Source of the DNA: Spirochaetia bacterium
GTDB taxonomy: Bacteria; Spirochaetota; Spirochaetia; UBA9216
NCBI GenBank assembly: GCA_963677925.2
Contig: CAXXYH010000004.1
Span: 2,208,001 to 2,272,000, forward strand
DNA length: 64,000 bases
Direction: 5' to 3'
The notes beneath the pieces were generated by a model. The model saw only the letters and a list, made by a program, of their open reading frames with translations, did not search any database and was not told the origin of the DNA. Position numbers and translations under genes: made by a program. This document shows, one piece after another, positions 36,201 to 45,621 of this stretch (the first letter of the stretch is position 1; every line of letters starts with the position of its first letter).

Positions 36201-37550
36201 TTATATAGCCAGTTCTTTCAGTGTGTCATCGAGCCTGTTCAGAATCTCATCAAGAAGATTCATCGGAATATTCAATGCAGGTTCGATTCTTATTACCTTT
36301 GAGTTGTTCAGCGTTCCGCTTGTCAGCACGTTTCTTTTGAATAAACCTGCTGCAACCTGATAGCCTACATCTCCGTCGGTGAATTCCATACCTATGAGCA
36401 TTCCCTTTCCTCTGACGTTTTTCAGTACTGAGGGATATTTTTCTTTCATCTTGTTCAGTGCATCAATGGTGTAAACACCCTTTTCTGCCGCCTGGGCGGG
36501 AGTGTCTTCCTCAAGCATTACTTCGATTCCTGCAAGTGCCGCAGCGCAGGCAATCGGGTTGCCTCCGGTTGTTGTTGTATGCATGAACGGGTTCGGTTCC
36601 ATACAGGACCAGATTTCCGGTGTAGAAAAGAATCCGCTGCAGGCCACGACTCCGCCGCCGAGAGCCTTTCCGAAACACATGATGTCGGGTGCCGTATCCC
36701 ATACATCGACTGCGAATGTTTCTCCTACACGGCCGAAGCCTGTCTGTACTTCATCGGCAATAAGCAGTACTCCGTACTTGTCGCAGATTTTTCTGAGTTT
36801 CGGCCAGAAATCATCAGGCGGTACAATGGCTCCTGCTTCTCCCTGAACGGGTTCGGCGATAACCGCAGCAATGCCTTTTCCAACCTGCGCCGCTTTTTTC
36901 AGTTCCATCTCAACGGCATCTGCATCTCCGAAAGGAGCGTAATCTACATTACCAAGTAATGGAAGCAGGGGTTCCCTGAATACCGATTTTCCCATTAATG
37001 AGAGTGAGCCGGCTGTTTTACCGTGAAAACTGTTGAGCATTGAAATAAAGCCCGGTTTTCCCGTATACAGTTTTGCAAGCTTCATTGCACCCTCAACCGC
37101 CTCTGTTCCGCTGTTCGCAAAGAAGCCGTACTGAATATCACCGGGGGTAAGGTTTGCAAGGACACGTCCAAGCTGGGCCCGTACCGGATCCAGCATCTCC
37201 TGGCTGTACTGGGGAGAGCGTTCAAGCTGCGCCTTTACATTTGCAACAACAGCAGGATGGGCTATTCCGAGACTGTAGAGACCAAAGCCTCCCAGGGCAT
37301 CAATAAATTCCCTGCCCATTACATCCTTTATAATGGAACCCTGTCCCGTCCATTCGGTAAGGGCATAATCACCTGCTATAGTCGCTGATTTTCTGTGTTC
37401 AAGAAAACCCTTGTTTATGTAGTCAGCGAAGTTTTCCGTTGTCTTGGTTACGATCTCTTTTTTAATTTCGTCGGTTAAAGCTGTTTTTCCTGTAATGATG
37501 GAGTTCATCCATTTGGCTTCTGCTAAAGCCGCCTGTTTATCTCTGCTCAT
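36201..37550 (-). CDS. patA: Putrescine aminotransferase
   Basis: YINKGFLEHRKS, SQEMLDP, NSGTEAVE, FHGKTAGSLS, EPVQGEAG, DEVQTG, NPFMHTTTTGGNP. Confidence 0.88.
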   Translation of the reverse strand: MSRDKQAALAEAKWMNSIITGKTALTDEIKKEIVTKTTENFADYINKGFLEHRKSATIAGDYALTEWTGQGSIIKDVMGREFIDALGGFGLYSLGIAHPAVVANVKAQLERSPQYSQEMLDPVRAQLGRVLANLTPGDIQYGFFANSGTEAVEGAMKLAKLYTGKPGFISMLNSFHGKTAGSLSLMGKSVFREPLLPLLGNVDYAPFGDADAVEMELKKAAQVGKGIAAVIAEPVQGEAGAIVPPDDFWPKLRKICDKYGVLLIADEVQTGFGRVGETFAVDVWDTAPDIMCFGKALGGGVVACSGFFSTPEIWSCMEPNPFMHTTTTGGNPIACAAALAGIEVMLEEDTPAQAAEKGVYTIDALNKMKEKYPSVLKNVRGKGMLIGMEFTDGDVGYQVAAGLFKRNVLTSGTLNNSKVIRIEPALNIPMNLLDEILNRLDDTLKELAI

Positions 37551-37609
37551 TTTGTAACTGTATCTCCTGTCTTTATTTAAAACATTTTGTAATAATCGAA
37601 TATTACGGG

Positions 37610-37645
37610 GAAGTATATTCAGCCTATTGGAGCTGAATATACTTC
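37610..37645. terminator. Strong intergenic hairpin downstream of the binding-protein gene (attenuator/mRNA stabiliser)
   Basis: GAAGTATATTCAGC-8nt-GCTGAATATACTTC; a second IR TTAAAATCA..TGATTTTAA lies at 37658-37678. Confidence 0.55.
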
Positions 37646-37684
37646 AATCATAAGCCTTTAAAATCAGAATGATTTTAAGATTTA

Positions 37685-38749
37685 TTACCGGGTCTTAATC
37701 ATCTGCCAGAGTTCTGAATAGATCTGGTTGTTCTTTCCGAGATCCTGAATGTACTGCAGTTTTTTCTGTGTTTCCTCATCAGGATAGATTGCAGGATTTT
37801 CAAGAGCTTCCGGATCGATCATCTGCAGTGATGCGGCGTTTGGTGTTGCAAAGTAAATATAGTTGGACAGTCTTGCTCCGACTTCAGGATCAAGAATGAA
37901 CTGAATGAATTTGTTTGCCAGAGTCGGGTTCGGAGCTTCGGCCGGTATACAGAGGCTGTCCATCCAGATTACCGTTCCTTCCTTCGGTACAATAAATCCG
38001 AAATCAGGGCTTTCGTCAACAGCAATCATACCGTCACCGTTGTAGGCCATTGCAATCTCTACGGTATCTGCCATCAGTTTGTTTCGTCCGCCTACGTTGG
38101 CTTCAAATCCCTGAAAACCGGGGTTCTTTTTTGCCTTGATTAGCACATCTGCGGCTTCCATCAGCTCATCCTTGTCGAGGGTGTTTATATCATAGCCGAG
38201 GTAGGCTAGGACTATACCAATCTGTTCACGTTCAGAATCCATAAGAACAAAGGGGACGTCATCCGGATTTTCAAAGATGGCAGCCCAGCTGCTGTAATCG
38301 CTTACCGAAGTCTTATCAAAAACCATTCCGACGGTACCCCACTGATAGGCTGCAGAATAGACGTTGCCTTCGTCGAATGGCGGGCTTATGAAATTATCGC
38401 TTAAGTTGGATACGTTTGTTACAACGCTTTTATCCATCGGCTGAAGCAGTCCCAGTTCGATCAGGCTGACCATTATGTAGTCGGAAGGAACTACCAGATC
38501 GTACTGGCTTACACCGCCTGCCTGCAGTTTTGCGAGCATTTCCTCGTTGGATTCGTAATAGTCGATTACAACTGTGCAGTCATACATTTCTTCAAAATCA
38601 GTGATGATTTCAGGATCCATGTATTCGGTCCAGATGTACAGGTGAAGTTCCTTGCTGTCCTTCGGAGCTTCCGATTCAGACTGTCCTCCGGCAAAAACCT
38701 GGGACATTACAACCGCGAGCATTACCAGTGCAAGCATCAGTTTTTTCAT
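37685..38749 (-). CDS. potD: Polyamine ABC transporter substrate-binding protein
   Basis: LYIWTEYMDP, YESNEEMLAKL, YDLVVPSDY, YQWGTVG, PKEGTVIWMD. Confidence 0.9.
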   Translation of the reverse strand: MKKLMLALVMLAVVMSQVFAGGQSESEAPKDSKELHLYIWTEYMDPEIITDFEEMYDCTVVIDYYESNEEMLAKLQAGGVSQYDLVVPSDYIMVSLIELGLLQPMDKSVVTNVSNLSDNFISPPFDEGNVYSAAYQWGTVGMVFDKTSVSDYSSWAAIFENPDDVPFVLMDSEREQIGIVLAYLGYDINTLDKDELMEAADVLIKAKKNPGFQGFEANVGGRNKLMADTVEIAMAYNGDGMIAVDESPDFGFIVPKEGTVIWMDSLCIPAEAPNPTLANKFIQFILDPEVGARLSNYIYFATPNAASLQMIDPEALENPAIYPDEETQKKLQYIQDLGKNNQIYSELWQMIKTR

Positions 38750-38794
38750 TCTATTCTCCTATTTATTTGTTGTTTTCTATATACGGCAGCAATC

Positions 38795-39607
38795 CTAAAA
38801 AGCTATGGATGCTGTTTTCTCCGCTCCGATAACCTTCTGCATTACCATTACAGAGGTAACCGTTATTGCCATAACCAGTGTCGAAAGTGCGTGGATTTCC
38901 GGTGTAACTCCGCGTCGTACCGATGCGTAAATAAACAGCGGCAGGGTTGTTGACTTCGGACCTGCTGTAAAAAAGCTGATTACGAAGTCGTCAAGAGACA
39001 GGGTGAATGCAAGCATTGCACCGGCCATAATACCAGGTCCAAGCATGGGCAGCAGAACCTTGCGAAGCATCCTTCCGTAGCCGGCGTAGAGATCGTACGA
39101 GGCTTCCTCGACCTCTGTTCCAATCAGTTCGAGTCTGCTGTAAACAGCCAGGGCAACAAAGGCAATCTGGAATGTTACATGGCCTACAATCATCGTAGCA
39201 AGGCCCAGTTCAAAAAGGCCTGTAAGCGCGCGAATCGCCCCGAATGCAATAACAAGTGCAACCGCAAAAACTATATCCGGCGTAATCACCGGCAGATGCA
39301 TTACCATATCCAGACCGCGTTTCATTTTCCGCGGCCAGGGATATCTGTATAGGCCGATGGCTGCGGCTGTCCCCAGTATTGTTGAAATGGCGGTAGATAC
39401 CACTGCCAGAATAAGGGTGTTAACTGCAATCCTCAGAATATATTCATTATGAAAGAGCTTCTGATACCATCCGAGTGTAAAGCCTCCCCATGTAAGGCCA
39501 ATCTTGGAGGCGTTAACCGAAAATACAGCTATTGAGAGCATTGGAACATAAAGAAAGAATATGCACATAATTGCCAGAAAAGAGATTATCCTGCTGTTTT
39601 TATTCAT
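38795..39607 (-). CDS. potC: Polyamine ABC transporter permease
   Basis: FLYVP, GFTLGWY, EEASYDL, AFTLSLDDFVISFF, GVTPEIHAL. Confidence 0.9.
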   Translation of the reverse strand: MNKNSRIISFLAIMCIFFLYVPMLSIAVFSVNASKIGLTWGGFTLGWYQKLFHNEYILRIAVNTLILAVVSTAISTILGTAAAIGLYRYPWPRKMKRGLDMVMHLPVITPDIVFAVALVIAFGAIRALTGLFELGLATMIVGHVTFQIAFVALAVYSRLELIGTEVEEASYDLYAGYGRMLRKVLLPMLGPGIMAGAMLAFTLSLDDFVISFFTAGPKSTTLPLFIYASVRRGVTPEIHALSTLVMAITVTSVMVMQKVIGAEKTASIAF

Positions 39608-40545
39608 TTTGATGCTCCCTCTGCCTTCATTTCATTTTTTCTGGTGATAAAAAGAATAACCAGCGTCATTATCATCATTGTCAGGCTGACCATTGCGCCG
39701 AAAGGCCAGTCACGGCTTGTTCCGAACTGCTGCTGTATCAGGTTTCCGACCAGCATGTATTTGGCGCCGCTGAGCATATCCGGAACAACAAACATTCCCA
39801 TTGCCGGGATCAGGGTAAGGGTTATTCCGACAGAAAGGCCCGGCATAGTCTGCGGCAGTATCCCGTGGCGGAATATCCTCCAGGGCCCGCCGTAAAGATC
39901 GGAAATCGCCTCAATTAGGCTCCAGTCCATTTTTTCCACTGAGGCGTAGAGCGGCAGTGTCACAAAAGGAAGAAAAGTTGAAATCATTCCCAGGTATACG
40001 GCAAAGGCGCTGGGATAGAGCGCAGCCCCCTCCTTGATGAACCCGAGTGCCGCAGCAAGTCTTGAAAGAGGCATTTGCGGTGCAAGAACCAGAAGCCATG
40101 CGTAGGTCCGTATTACCAGGTTTGTCCAGAATGGTACAAGAAGAAGCGCCAGCCACATACCCCGTTTCTTCTTCGGCTGTGTGGCAATGAAGATTGCAAG
40201 GGGGTAGGACATAACTGTGCACAGAAACGTAGTTACAACAGCTACCACAATGCTCCGCCAGATAATAAGCAGATTATCAGCGGACCAGCCGAAAAAACTG
40301 AATCCGAGCAGCCGTTTAACATTGGCAAAAGAAAATGTCCAGTCAACATCACCGTAAGTTCCGCGCTGGGCAAAACTCATAACGGCAAGCGACAGAATCG
40401 GTATTGTCAGAAAGATAACCACCCATACAAGGCCGGGAGTCAGAAAGACGCTTCCCCTTGTAAGCATTTTTTTCCTGCTGTTCAGTTCTCCGTTGAAAAC
40501 AATGTAATCTTCCGGCACCGTGTTTTCAGAATGATCCTTATTCAT
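39604..40545 (-). CDS. potB: Polyamine ABC transporter permease
   Basis: VPFWTNLVIRTYAW, LPLYASVEK, IQQQFGTSRDWPFGA. Confidence 0.9.
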   Translation of the reverse strand: MNKDHSENTVPEDYIVFNGELNSRKKMLTRGSVFLTPGLVWVVIFLTIPILSLAVMSFAQRGTYGDVDWTFSFANVKRLLGFSFFGWSADNLLIIWRSIVVAVVTTFLCTVMSYPLAIFIATQPKKKRGMWLALLLVPFWTNLVIRTYAWLLVLAPQMPLSRLAAALGFIKEGAALYPSAFAVYLGMISTFLPFVTLPLYASVEKMDWSLIEAISDLYGGPWRIFRHGILPQTMPGLSVGITLTLIPAMGMFVVPDMLSGAKYMLVGNLIQQQFGTSRDWPFGAMVSLTMMIMTLVILFITRKNEMKAEGASK

Positions 40546-41557
40546 AAAGCACCGCCAGAGATTCTTCGGGGAGCTGCAGGTTGAGAAGGTCGCCCTTACG
40601 TACTGACATATTTACCGAACTTTTTACCTGCAGTCCGTTATCCATGAGAAGCAGCTGTTCAGTTCCCCTGTATATGGCTGTTTCAACCTTAGCGCTTATT
40701 ATATTGTCTCCTTTTCCGGGAACTATCTCTATATCCTCAGGTCTGATGCCTAATTTACAGTCAATAACCGGCATCTTCTGCCTCACTTTAAACTTTCCAA
40801 GAACTGTTTTTGCTGCATATTCGCCTTCGGGGGATGCATCAATAAAATTTTCCATACCCAGGAAGTCAGCAACAAAGTGTGAGCGCGGGGTGGAGTAGAC
40901 ATCCCTTACATCGCCCATCTGCGCAACAAGGCCGTTTTTCATTACCGCCATACGGTCCGACACCGTGAGCGCCTCGGACTGGTCATGGGTAACCATTAGA
41001 AAGGTTTTTCCAAGTCTCTGCTGCAGCTGTCTCAGTTCAACCTGTACCTGGGTCCTGAGCTTCGCATCAAGTGCCGACATCGGTTCATCAAGCAGAAGAA
41101 GTTCCGGTTCATTTACCAGAGCGCGCGCCAGAGCCACCCTCTGCTGCTGTCCTCCGGAAAGCTGTTTCGGCATACGATCTCCGTAGCCGTTGAGCTGAAC
41201 CATATCAAGGCTTTTTTTTGCTTTTTCAACTGCCTCGGCCTTTGATACCTTTCTTGAAATAAGACCGAAGCAGACATTTTCAATTACGCTCATATGTGGA
41301 AAAAGAGCATAGCTCTGGAATACCGTATTTACAGGTCTTTTTTTTGCGGGGATCCCGGTAACCGGGCGGTCGTTCAGAATTATCACACCGTGATCAGGAA
41401 GTTCCAGCCCTGCTATGATCCTCAGTAAAGTTGTCTTGCCGCAGCCGGAGGGGCCGAGCAGGGTAAAGAATTCCCCTGCTTTCACTTCAATATCAACGCC
41501 TTTCAGGGCTTCTACATCCCCGAATCTTTTCTGTATCGCAAATGCTTTCAGACTCAT
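40538..41557 (-). CDS. potA: Polyamine ABC transporter ATP-binding protein
   Basis: GPSGCGKT, RPVNTVFQSYALFPHM, LSGGQQQRVALARA, TOBE-like C-terminus. Confidence 0.9.
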   Translation of the reverse strand: MSLKAFAIQKRFGDVEALKGVDIEVKAGEFFTLLGPSGCGKTTLLRIIAGLELPDHGVIILNDRPVTGIPAKKRPVNTVFQSYALFPHMSVIENVCFGLISRKVSKAEAVEKAKKSLDMVQLNGYGDRMPKQLSGGQQQRVALARALVNEPELLLLDEPMSALDAKLRTQVQVELRQLQQRLGKTFLMVTHDQSEALTVSDRMAVMKNGLVAQMGDVRDVYSTPRSHFVADFLGMENFIDASPEGEYAAKTVLGKFKVRQKMPVIDCKLGIRPEDIEIVPGKGDNIISAKVETAIYRGTEQLLLMDNGLQVKSSVNMSVRKGDLLNLQLPEESLAVLYE

Positions 41558-41591
41558 TAAGCACACCTTGGGTTATTTATTGAGAAATCAA

Positions 41592-41608
41592 TTGCAGAAG
41601 CTGTGCCA
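41592..41608 (-). promoter_or_regulatory. sigma54 (-24/-12) promoter of the polyamine operon
   Basis: Minus strand reads TGGCACAGCTTCTGCAA (GG-N10-GC), about 35 nt upstream of the potA ATG. Confidence 0.8.
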
Positions 41609-41647
41609 AGTTCCGGAGATTGAGGCTGTGTACGGGAGAACTGTTAG

Positions 41648-41665
41648 TGTAAATAGAGTTATACA
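41648..41665. promoter_or_regulatory. TyrR/PhhR-like box, candidate bEBP site
   Basis: TGTAAA-TAGAGT-TATACA, one mismatch to TGTAAA-N6-TTTACA. Confidence 0.4.
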
Positions 41666-41676
41666 AAGGAGTTATT

Positions 41677-41716
41677 TTTTTATATATACATACACCCGTG
41701 AATGTATATATAAAAA
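41677..41716. promoter_or_regulatory. Long palindrome containing an AcrR-type operator
   Basis: TTTTTATATATACATACAC-cc-GTGAATGTATATATAAAAA, 19-bp arms with one mismatch; adjacent to an AcrR-like TetR gene. Confidence 0.65.
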
Positions 41717-41752
41717 GGAAAAATACATTAATGTAAGAAGATCTTTTTCGTC

Positions 41753-42379
41753 CTACAAATCGGTGGGATTTTCAGGTATGAGTCTTATGAAAAGTTCATC
41801 CAGCAGGGATGATACTGTTCGGACATCGGGAAACATTGATTCATCAATTCCCCAGCTGTCGAGAATTCCGTCGATGAAGGTATATAGTATTATTGCAAAT
41901 GAACGGCAGTTAACATCAGAACGGATTTCACCTTTTTTCTTCAGATCCAGAAGGGTCTGCTCATAGGCGCTGATCATTGCATTCTGCTTCTTCTTTTCAT
42001 TTTCAATAATCATGTTCATCTCCTCGATATATTCCATTCTGGAGTACATTATCTGAATGAACTGGTGAAACTGGCGGTCATTTACGAAGGTGTCGAAAAA
42101 GCGGCAGAGAGCCTGTTTGAATTCGGGAAGGCTGGAGTAGGTATACGCAGCGTAGTCTTCCGGACGAACCTTGAATCTTTCAGTCAGACTGTCGTAAAGG
42201 GTAAAATACAGTTCAAACTTGTCCTTGAAATGCCAGTATACGGCACCGCGTGTCACTCCGGCCTGCTGCGCCACCTCTGCCAGGCTTGTACGTGTAACTC
42301 CGCGCCTGTAGAAGACTTCAAGCGCTGCGTCGAGTATAGCCTGTCTGGTTTTTTCTGCATCCTCTTTGGTTCTGCGCAT
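41753..42379 (-). CDS. TetR family regulator, AcrR/TtgR-type HTH
   Basis: MRRTKEDAEKTRQAILDAALEVF..TSLAEVAQQAGVTRGAVYWHFKDK. Confidence 0.93.
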   Translation of the reverse strand: MRRTKEDAEKTRQAILDAALEVFYRRGVTRTSLAEVAQQAGVTRGAVYWHFKDKFELYFTLYDSLTERFKVRPEDYAAYTYSSLPEFKQALCRFFDTFVNDRQFHQFIQIMYSRMEYIEEMNMIIENEKKKQNAMISAYEQTLLDLKKKGEIRSDVNCRSFAIILYTFIDGILDSWGIDESMFPDVRTVSSLLDELFIRLIPENPTDL

Positions 42380-42504
42380 ACAGCAGATATATCCTAATTA
42401 TTAAGCTTGTACAATAGGCAGTAAAATCGTTCACATTAATCTGTCAAATTGCTAAAATGATAAATAGTTTATGAAAGATTGTACAGCCGGGAGATTTTAC
42501 GGAC

Positions 42505-43344
42505 ATGGAATATAAAATAATCAGACTTTTCAACGGTTCCGAAGCAGAACTTCAAGCATATATACCCGATCCTGATGAAGCCAGGCGGCATGAGAGGCTT
42601 CGTCCGGCAATGATCGTATGCCCCGGCGGCGGTTACAGGCTTATTGCTGGGATTGAAGGTGAGCCGGTAGCCCTTGCCTGGGCCAGGGCAGGCTATTGCT
42701 CCTTTGTACTGAAATATTCAGTGGGTATGGAAAATCCCTTTCCCCGTGCTCTGACCGAACTTGCCGCGGCGATGAAGCTTATAAGGCAGAATGCCGGAAC
42801 GTGGATGATCGACAGCGAAAATTTGAGTGTCAACGGTTTCAGCGCGGGCGGTCATCTTGCCCTGAGTCTCGGAGCCTTCTACAAGGAATCCTTCCTATGG
42901 CAGGAGCTGGAAACTGCGCCTGAAATACTGAGACCCAGGAACCTTGTCTTAAGCTATCCTTCAGTTACTGCCAGGGCAAGAGCGGATATTGCCGCCCAGC
43001 TTCCCCGGCCCAGAATGTCCGAGATTCTATGCGGAATGCCCGATCCTCCTTCTACTGAGGTTGAGAAAATGAACGTTCTCAATTATATTTCCCCTTCATT
43101 TCCTCCCTGTTTTATCTGGGGAACACAGATGGATGATATTCTGGCTTCTGCCGATTACCTGAAGCTTGCGGCAGCTGTGGATGAGGCTGGAGTAGACTGT
43201 GAGTTTCATATGTTTCAAAACGGCGGTCATGCAATGTCGCTGGGTGATGAGACTGTAAGATCCCCTGAAGAAGTTGAAAATCTCAGCCTGAAGGCCTGGT
43301 TCGATCTTGCTCTGCAATGGCTTGCGCAGCAGCGGGTAAATTGA
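42505..43344 (+). CDS. Alpha/beta hydrolase (acetyl esterase-like)
   Basis: CPGGGY, nucleophile GFSAGGHLA, PPCFIW, GGHAMSL. Confidence 0.88.
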   Translation: MEYKIIRLFNGSEAELQAYIPDPDEARRHERLRPAMIVCPGGGYRLIAGIEGEPVALAWARAGYCSFVLKYSVGMENPFPRALTELAAAMKLIRQNAGTWMIDSENLSVNGFSAGGHLALSLGAFYKESFLWQELETAPEILRPRNLVLSYPSVTARARADIAAQLPRPRMSEILCGMPDPPSTEVEKMNVLNYISPSFPPCFIWGTQMDDILASADYLKLAAAVDEAGVDCEFHMFQNGGHAMSLGDETVRSPEEVENLSLKAWFDLALQWLAQQRVN

Positions 43345-43356
43345 AATAAATAAAAT

Positions 43357-43599
43357 TCAGCCTGAGGTTTTTTCGGACTGGATTTTATTCAGAAAAACCT
43401 GATATGCCAGGATAGCTCCGGCAATTTCCGATTGCTTGAGCTCTCCGCGGCCTGCCCAGTCCTGACCTTCATAAATATAGAGGGCGTTAAGCTCATTTTT
43501 TACAGTCTCAAGTGAGAAGTCCGGCCGTTCTGCAGATGCTGCAAGTTTTTCCATGGTTTTTTCATAATTTTCGTCAAAAACAATTTCTTCGGTATTCAT
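43357..43599 (-). CDS. Small hypothetical protein
   Basis: 80 aa with GGAG RBS; motif LYIYEGQDWAGRG. Confidence 0.6.
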   Translation of the reverse strand: MNTEEIVFDENYEKTMEKLAASAERPDFSLETVKNELNALYIYEGQDWAGRGELKQSEIAGAILAYQVFLNKIQSEKTSG

Positions 43600-43673
43600 A
43601 TAGCTGTACTCCGTTAATGAAATATAATAAACCTGAGTGTTATCATCAAGGAATAACTGAGAATTGTCTTTCC

Positions 43674-43702
43674 TTGACGGAAGATGCTGAAACTCTTAAT
43701 CT
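43674..43702 (+). promoter_or_regulatory. sigma70-type promoter, probably producing a leaderless photolyase mRNA
   Basis: TTGACG-17-TAATCT ends 6 nt before ATG 43709; no SD sequence. Confidence 0.5.
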
Positions 43703-43708
43703 GAAACT

Positions 43709-45058
43709 ATGATTGAAACCGAAAGAGTCAAAAGGCTTAATGATAAATCTGAATCGGGAGGCCAGTTTGTAATTTACTGGATGCAGGCTGCGCAGAGAAG
43801 CAGGTACAATCAGGCTCTTGAGGCGGCTGTAATTAAATCAAACAGACTCGGTCAGCCGCTGCTGGTTGTTTTCTGTATTGATTCATCTTTTCCGGAGGCT
43901 AACTCAAGGCATTTTTATTTCATGCTGCAGGGGCTGAGTGATGTATCCCGGGCGCTGCATGATCGTGGAATCGGCTTCACTGTGATACAGGGAAGCCCTT
44001 CCGATATAATCCCTGAAATTGCAAAAAAGGCTTCGTGGCTAATTACAGATGCGGGCTATACAAGGGTTCAGAAGCTATGGCGAAAGGCTGTCGCCGGTGC
44101 AGTGGATATTCCCTTTGTGCAGGTTGCAACCGAGGCGGTTGTTCCTGTTGAAACTGCTATGCAGAAAGAAAGCTGGACAGCCGCAACGCTCAGACCCCGT
44201 ATAATGAAGCAGCTTGGTTATTTTCTTAATCCCCTGAATGAAAACGAACTGAAGAATAAATCCGCTGTAGAATCGGAGTTTGAATCATTCGATGTTTCAG
44301 ATCCGGCTGCTGCACTAGAAAAACTCGAACTTGATTTCAGTATTAGTCCTGTGGAGGGCATAGCAGGGGGACAGACTGAAGCTGACCGGGCTCTCGAGTA
44401 TTTTATCGGCAAAAGACTCGACCGCTACGATGAGTTTCAGCGTGATCCGGTCCTCGGCGGAGCATCGGGAATGAGCCCCTTCCTTCATTTCGGACAGATA
44501 TCGCCGCTTGATACAGCCCTGAGGGTGATAGAAGCCGGAAGTCCGGGCACCGACAAGTATATTGAGCAGCTGATTGTACGGCGTGAGCTCAGCATGAATT
44601 TCTGTCATTATAATCCCGAGTATGATCGATACGGAGCACTGCCTGCGTGGGCTCTAAAAACTCTTGGTGAGCATTCCGGTGATGAGCGGCCGTATCTGTA
44701 TACTTCCGCACAGCTTGAAGCGGCGGAAACGCATGACCCGTACTGGAATGCGGCTCAGATGGAAATGGTTAAAACCGGATTTATGCATAACTACATGCGG
44801 ATGTACTGGGGCAAGAAGATCCTGGAATGGATGAAATCACCTGAAGAGGCTTTCAATACAGCTGTTTACCTGAATAATAAATATCAGCTTGACGGACGCG
44901 ACCCTAACGGATTTGCCGGTGTTGCCTGGTGTTTCGGAAAGCATGATCAGGGCTGGAAGGAACGTCCTGTGTTCGGAAAGATCAGGTACATGAATGCCGC
45001 CGGCCTTAAAAGAAAGTTTGATATTGATCTTTACGTCGGCAGGGTGGAGAATATCTGA
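43709..45058 (+). CDS. phr: Class II CPD DNA photolyase
   Basis: VIYWMQAAQR, SGMSPFLHFGQIS, EQLIVRRELS, THDPYWNAAQ, MHNYMRMYWGKKILEW, LDGRDPNG, FGKIRYM. Confidence 0.93.
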   Translation: MIETERVKRLNDKSESGGQFVIYWMQAAQRSRYNQALEAAVIKSNRLGQPLLVVFCIDSSFPEANSRHFYFMLQGLSDVSRALHDRGIGFTVIQGSPSDIIPEIAKKASWLITDAGYTRVQKLWRKAVAGAVDIPFVQVATEAVVPVETAMQKESWTAATLRPRIMKQLGYFLNPLNENELKNKSAVESEFESFDVSDPAAALEKLELDFSISPVEGIAGGQTEADRALEYFIGKRLDRYDEFQRDPVLGGASGMSPFLHFGQISPLDTALRVIEAGSPGTDKYIEQLIVRRELSMNFCHYNPEYDRYGALPAWALKTLGEHSGDERPYLYTSAQLEAAETHDPYWNAAQMEMVKTGFMHNYMRMYWGKKILEWMKSPEEAFNTAVYLNNKYQLDGRDPNGFAGVAWCFGKHDQGWKERPVFGKIRYMNAAGLKRKFDIDLYVGRVENI

Positions 45059-45069
45059 AAGAAAAGCTA

Positions 45070-45098
45070 TTGAAATAGAAAGGTAAGCATATTACAAT
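45070..45098 (+). promoter_or_regulatory. sigma70-type promoter of the cheW-recN operon
   Basis: TTGAAA-17-TACAAT, with GGAGG RBS before ATG 45128. Confidence 0.55.
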
Positions 45099-45127
45099 AT
45101 TATCTATAGAAAACATCCGGAGGGCGC

Positions 45128-45604
45128 ATGGCAGAAAATGATCTGATACAGTTGGTCACGTTCCAGTTGGGCGATGAATTGTATGGAATTGATATAATGA
45201 ATGTCAAAGAAATACAGAAAGTTAAAGAAATAAGGGCAATCCCTAATGCGCCCATGTATGTTGAAGGTATTTTCAATCTGCGCGGTAATATAATTCCTGT
45301 AATAAATCTTCACAAAAGATTTCATATTAAAAAAGCCGAACTTAGCGAAGAAGACAAGATGCTCAGCGGATTTCTTATCATTAGCATAAACGGCCGGATG
45401 CTCGGGGTTTATATTGATAAGGTTTCAAGGGTTATGACAATCGAAAAAAGTGATATCCAGCCGCCTCCGCAGATGATAGCCGGAATAGGTACAGAATACA
45501 TACAGGGTGTAGTCAAAGAAGAAGACGGGTACCTGATCATTCTGGATATAAACCGGCTATTTGATCCTAAAGAGCTGCAGCAGCTTGGAAAGCTTAATAA
45601 CTGA
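45128..45604 (+). CDS. cheW: Chemotaxis coupling protein CheW
   Basis: QLVTFQLGDELYGIDI, IPNAPMYVEGIFNLRGNIIPVINL. Confidence 0.93.
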   Translation: MAENDLIQLVTFQLGDELYGIDIMNVKEIQKVKEIRAIPNAPMYVEGIFNLRGNIIPVINLHKRFHIKKAELSEEDKMLSGFLIISINGRMLGVYIDKVSRVMTIEKSDIQPPPQMIAGIGTEYIQGVVKEEDGYLIILDINRLFDPKELQQLGKLNN

Positions 45605-45621
45605 CAGGGATAAACTACTGA

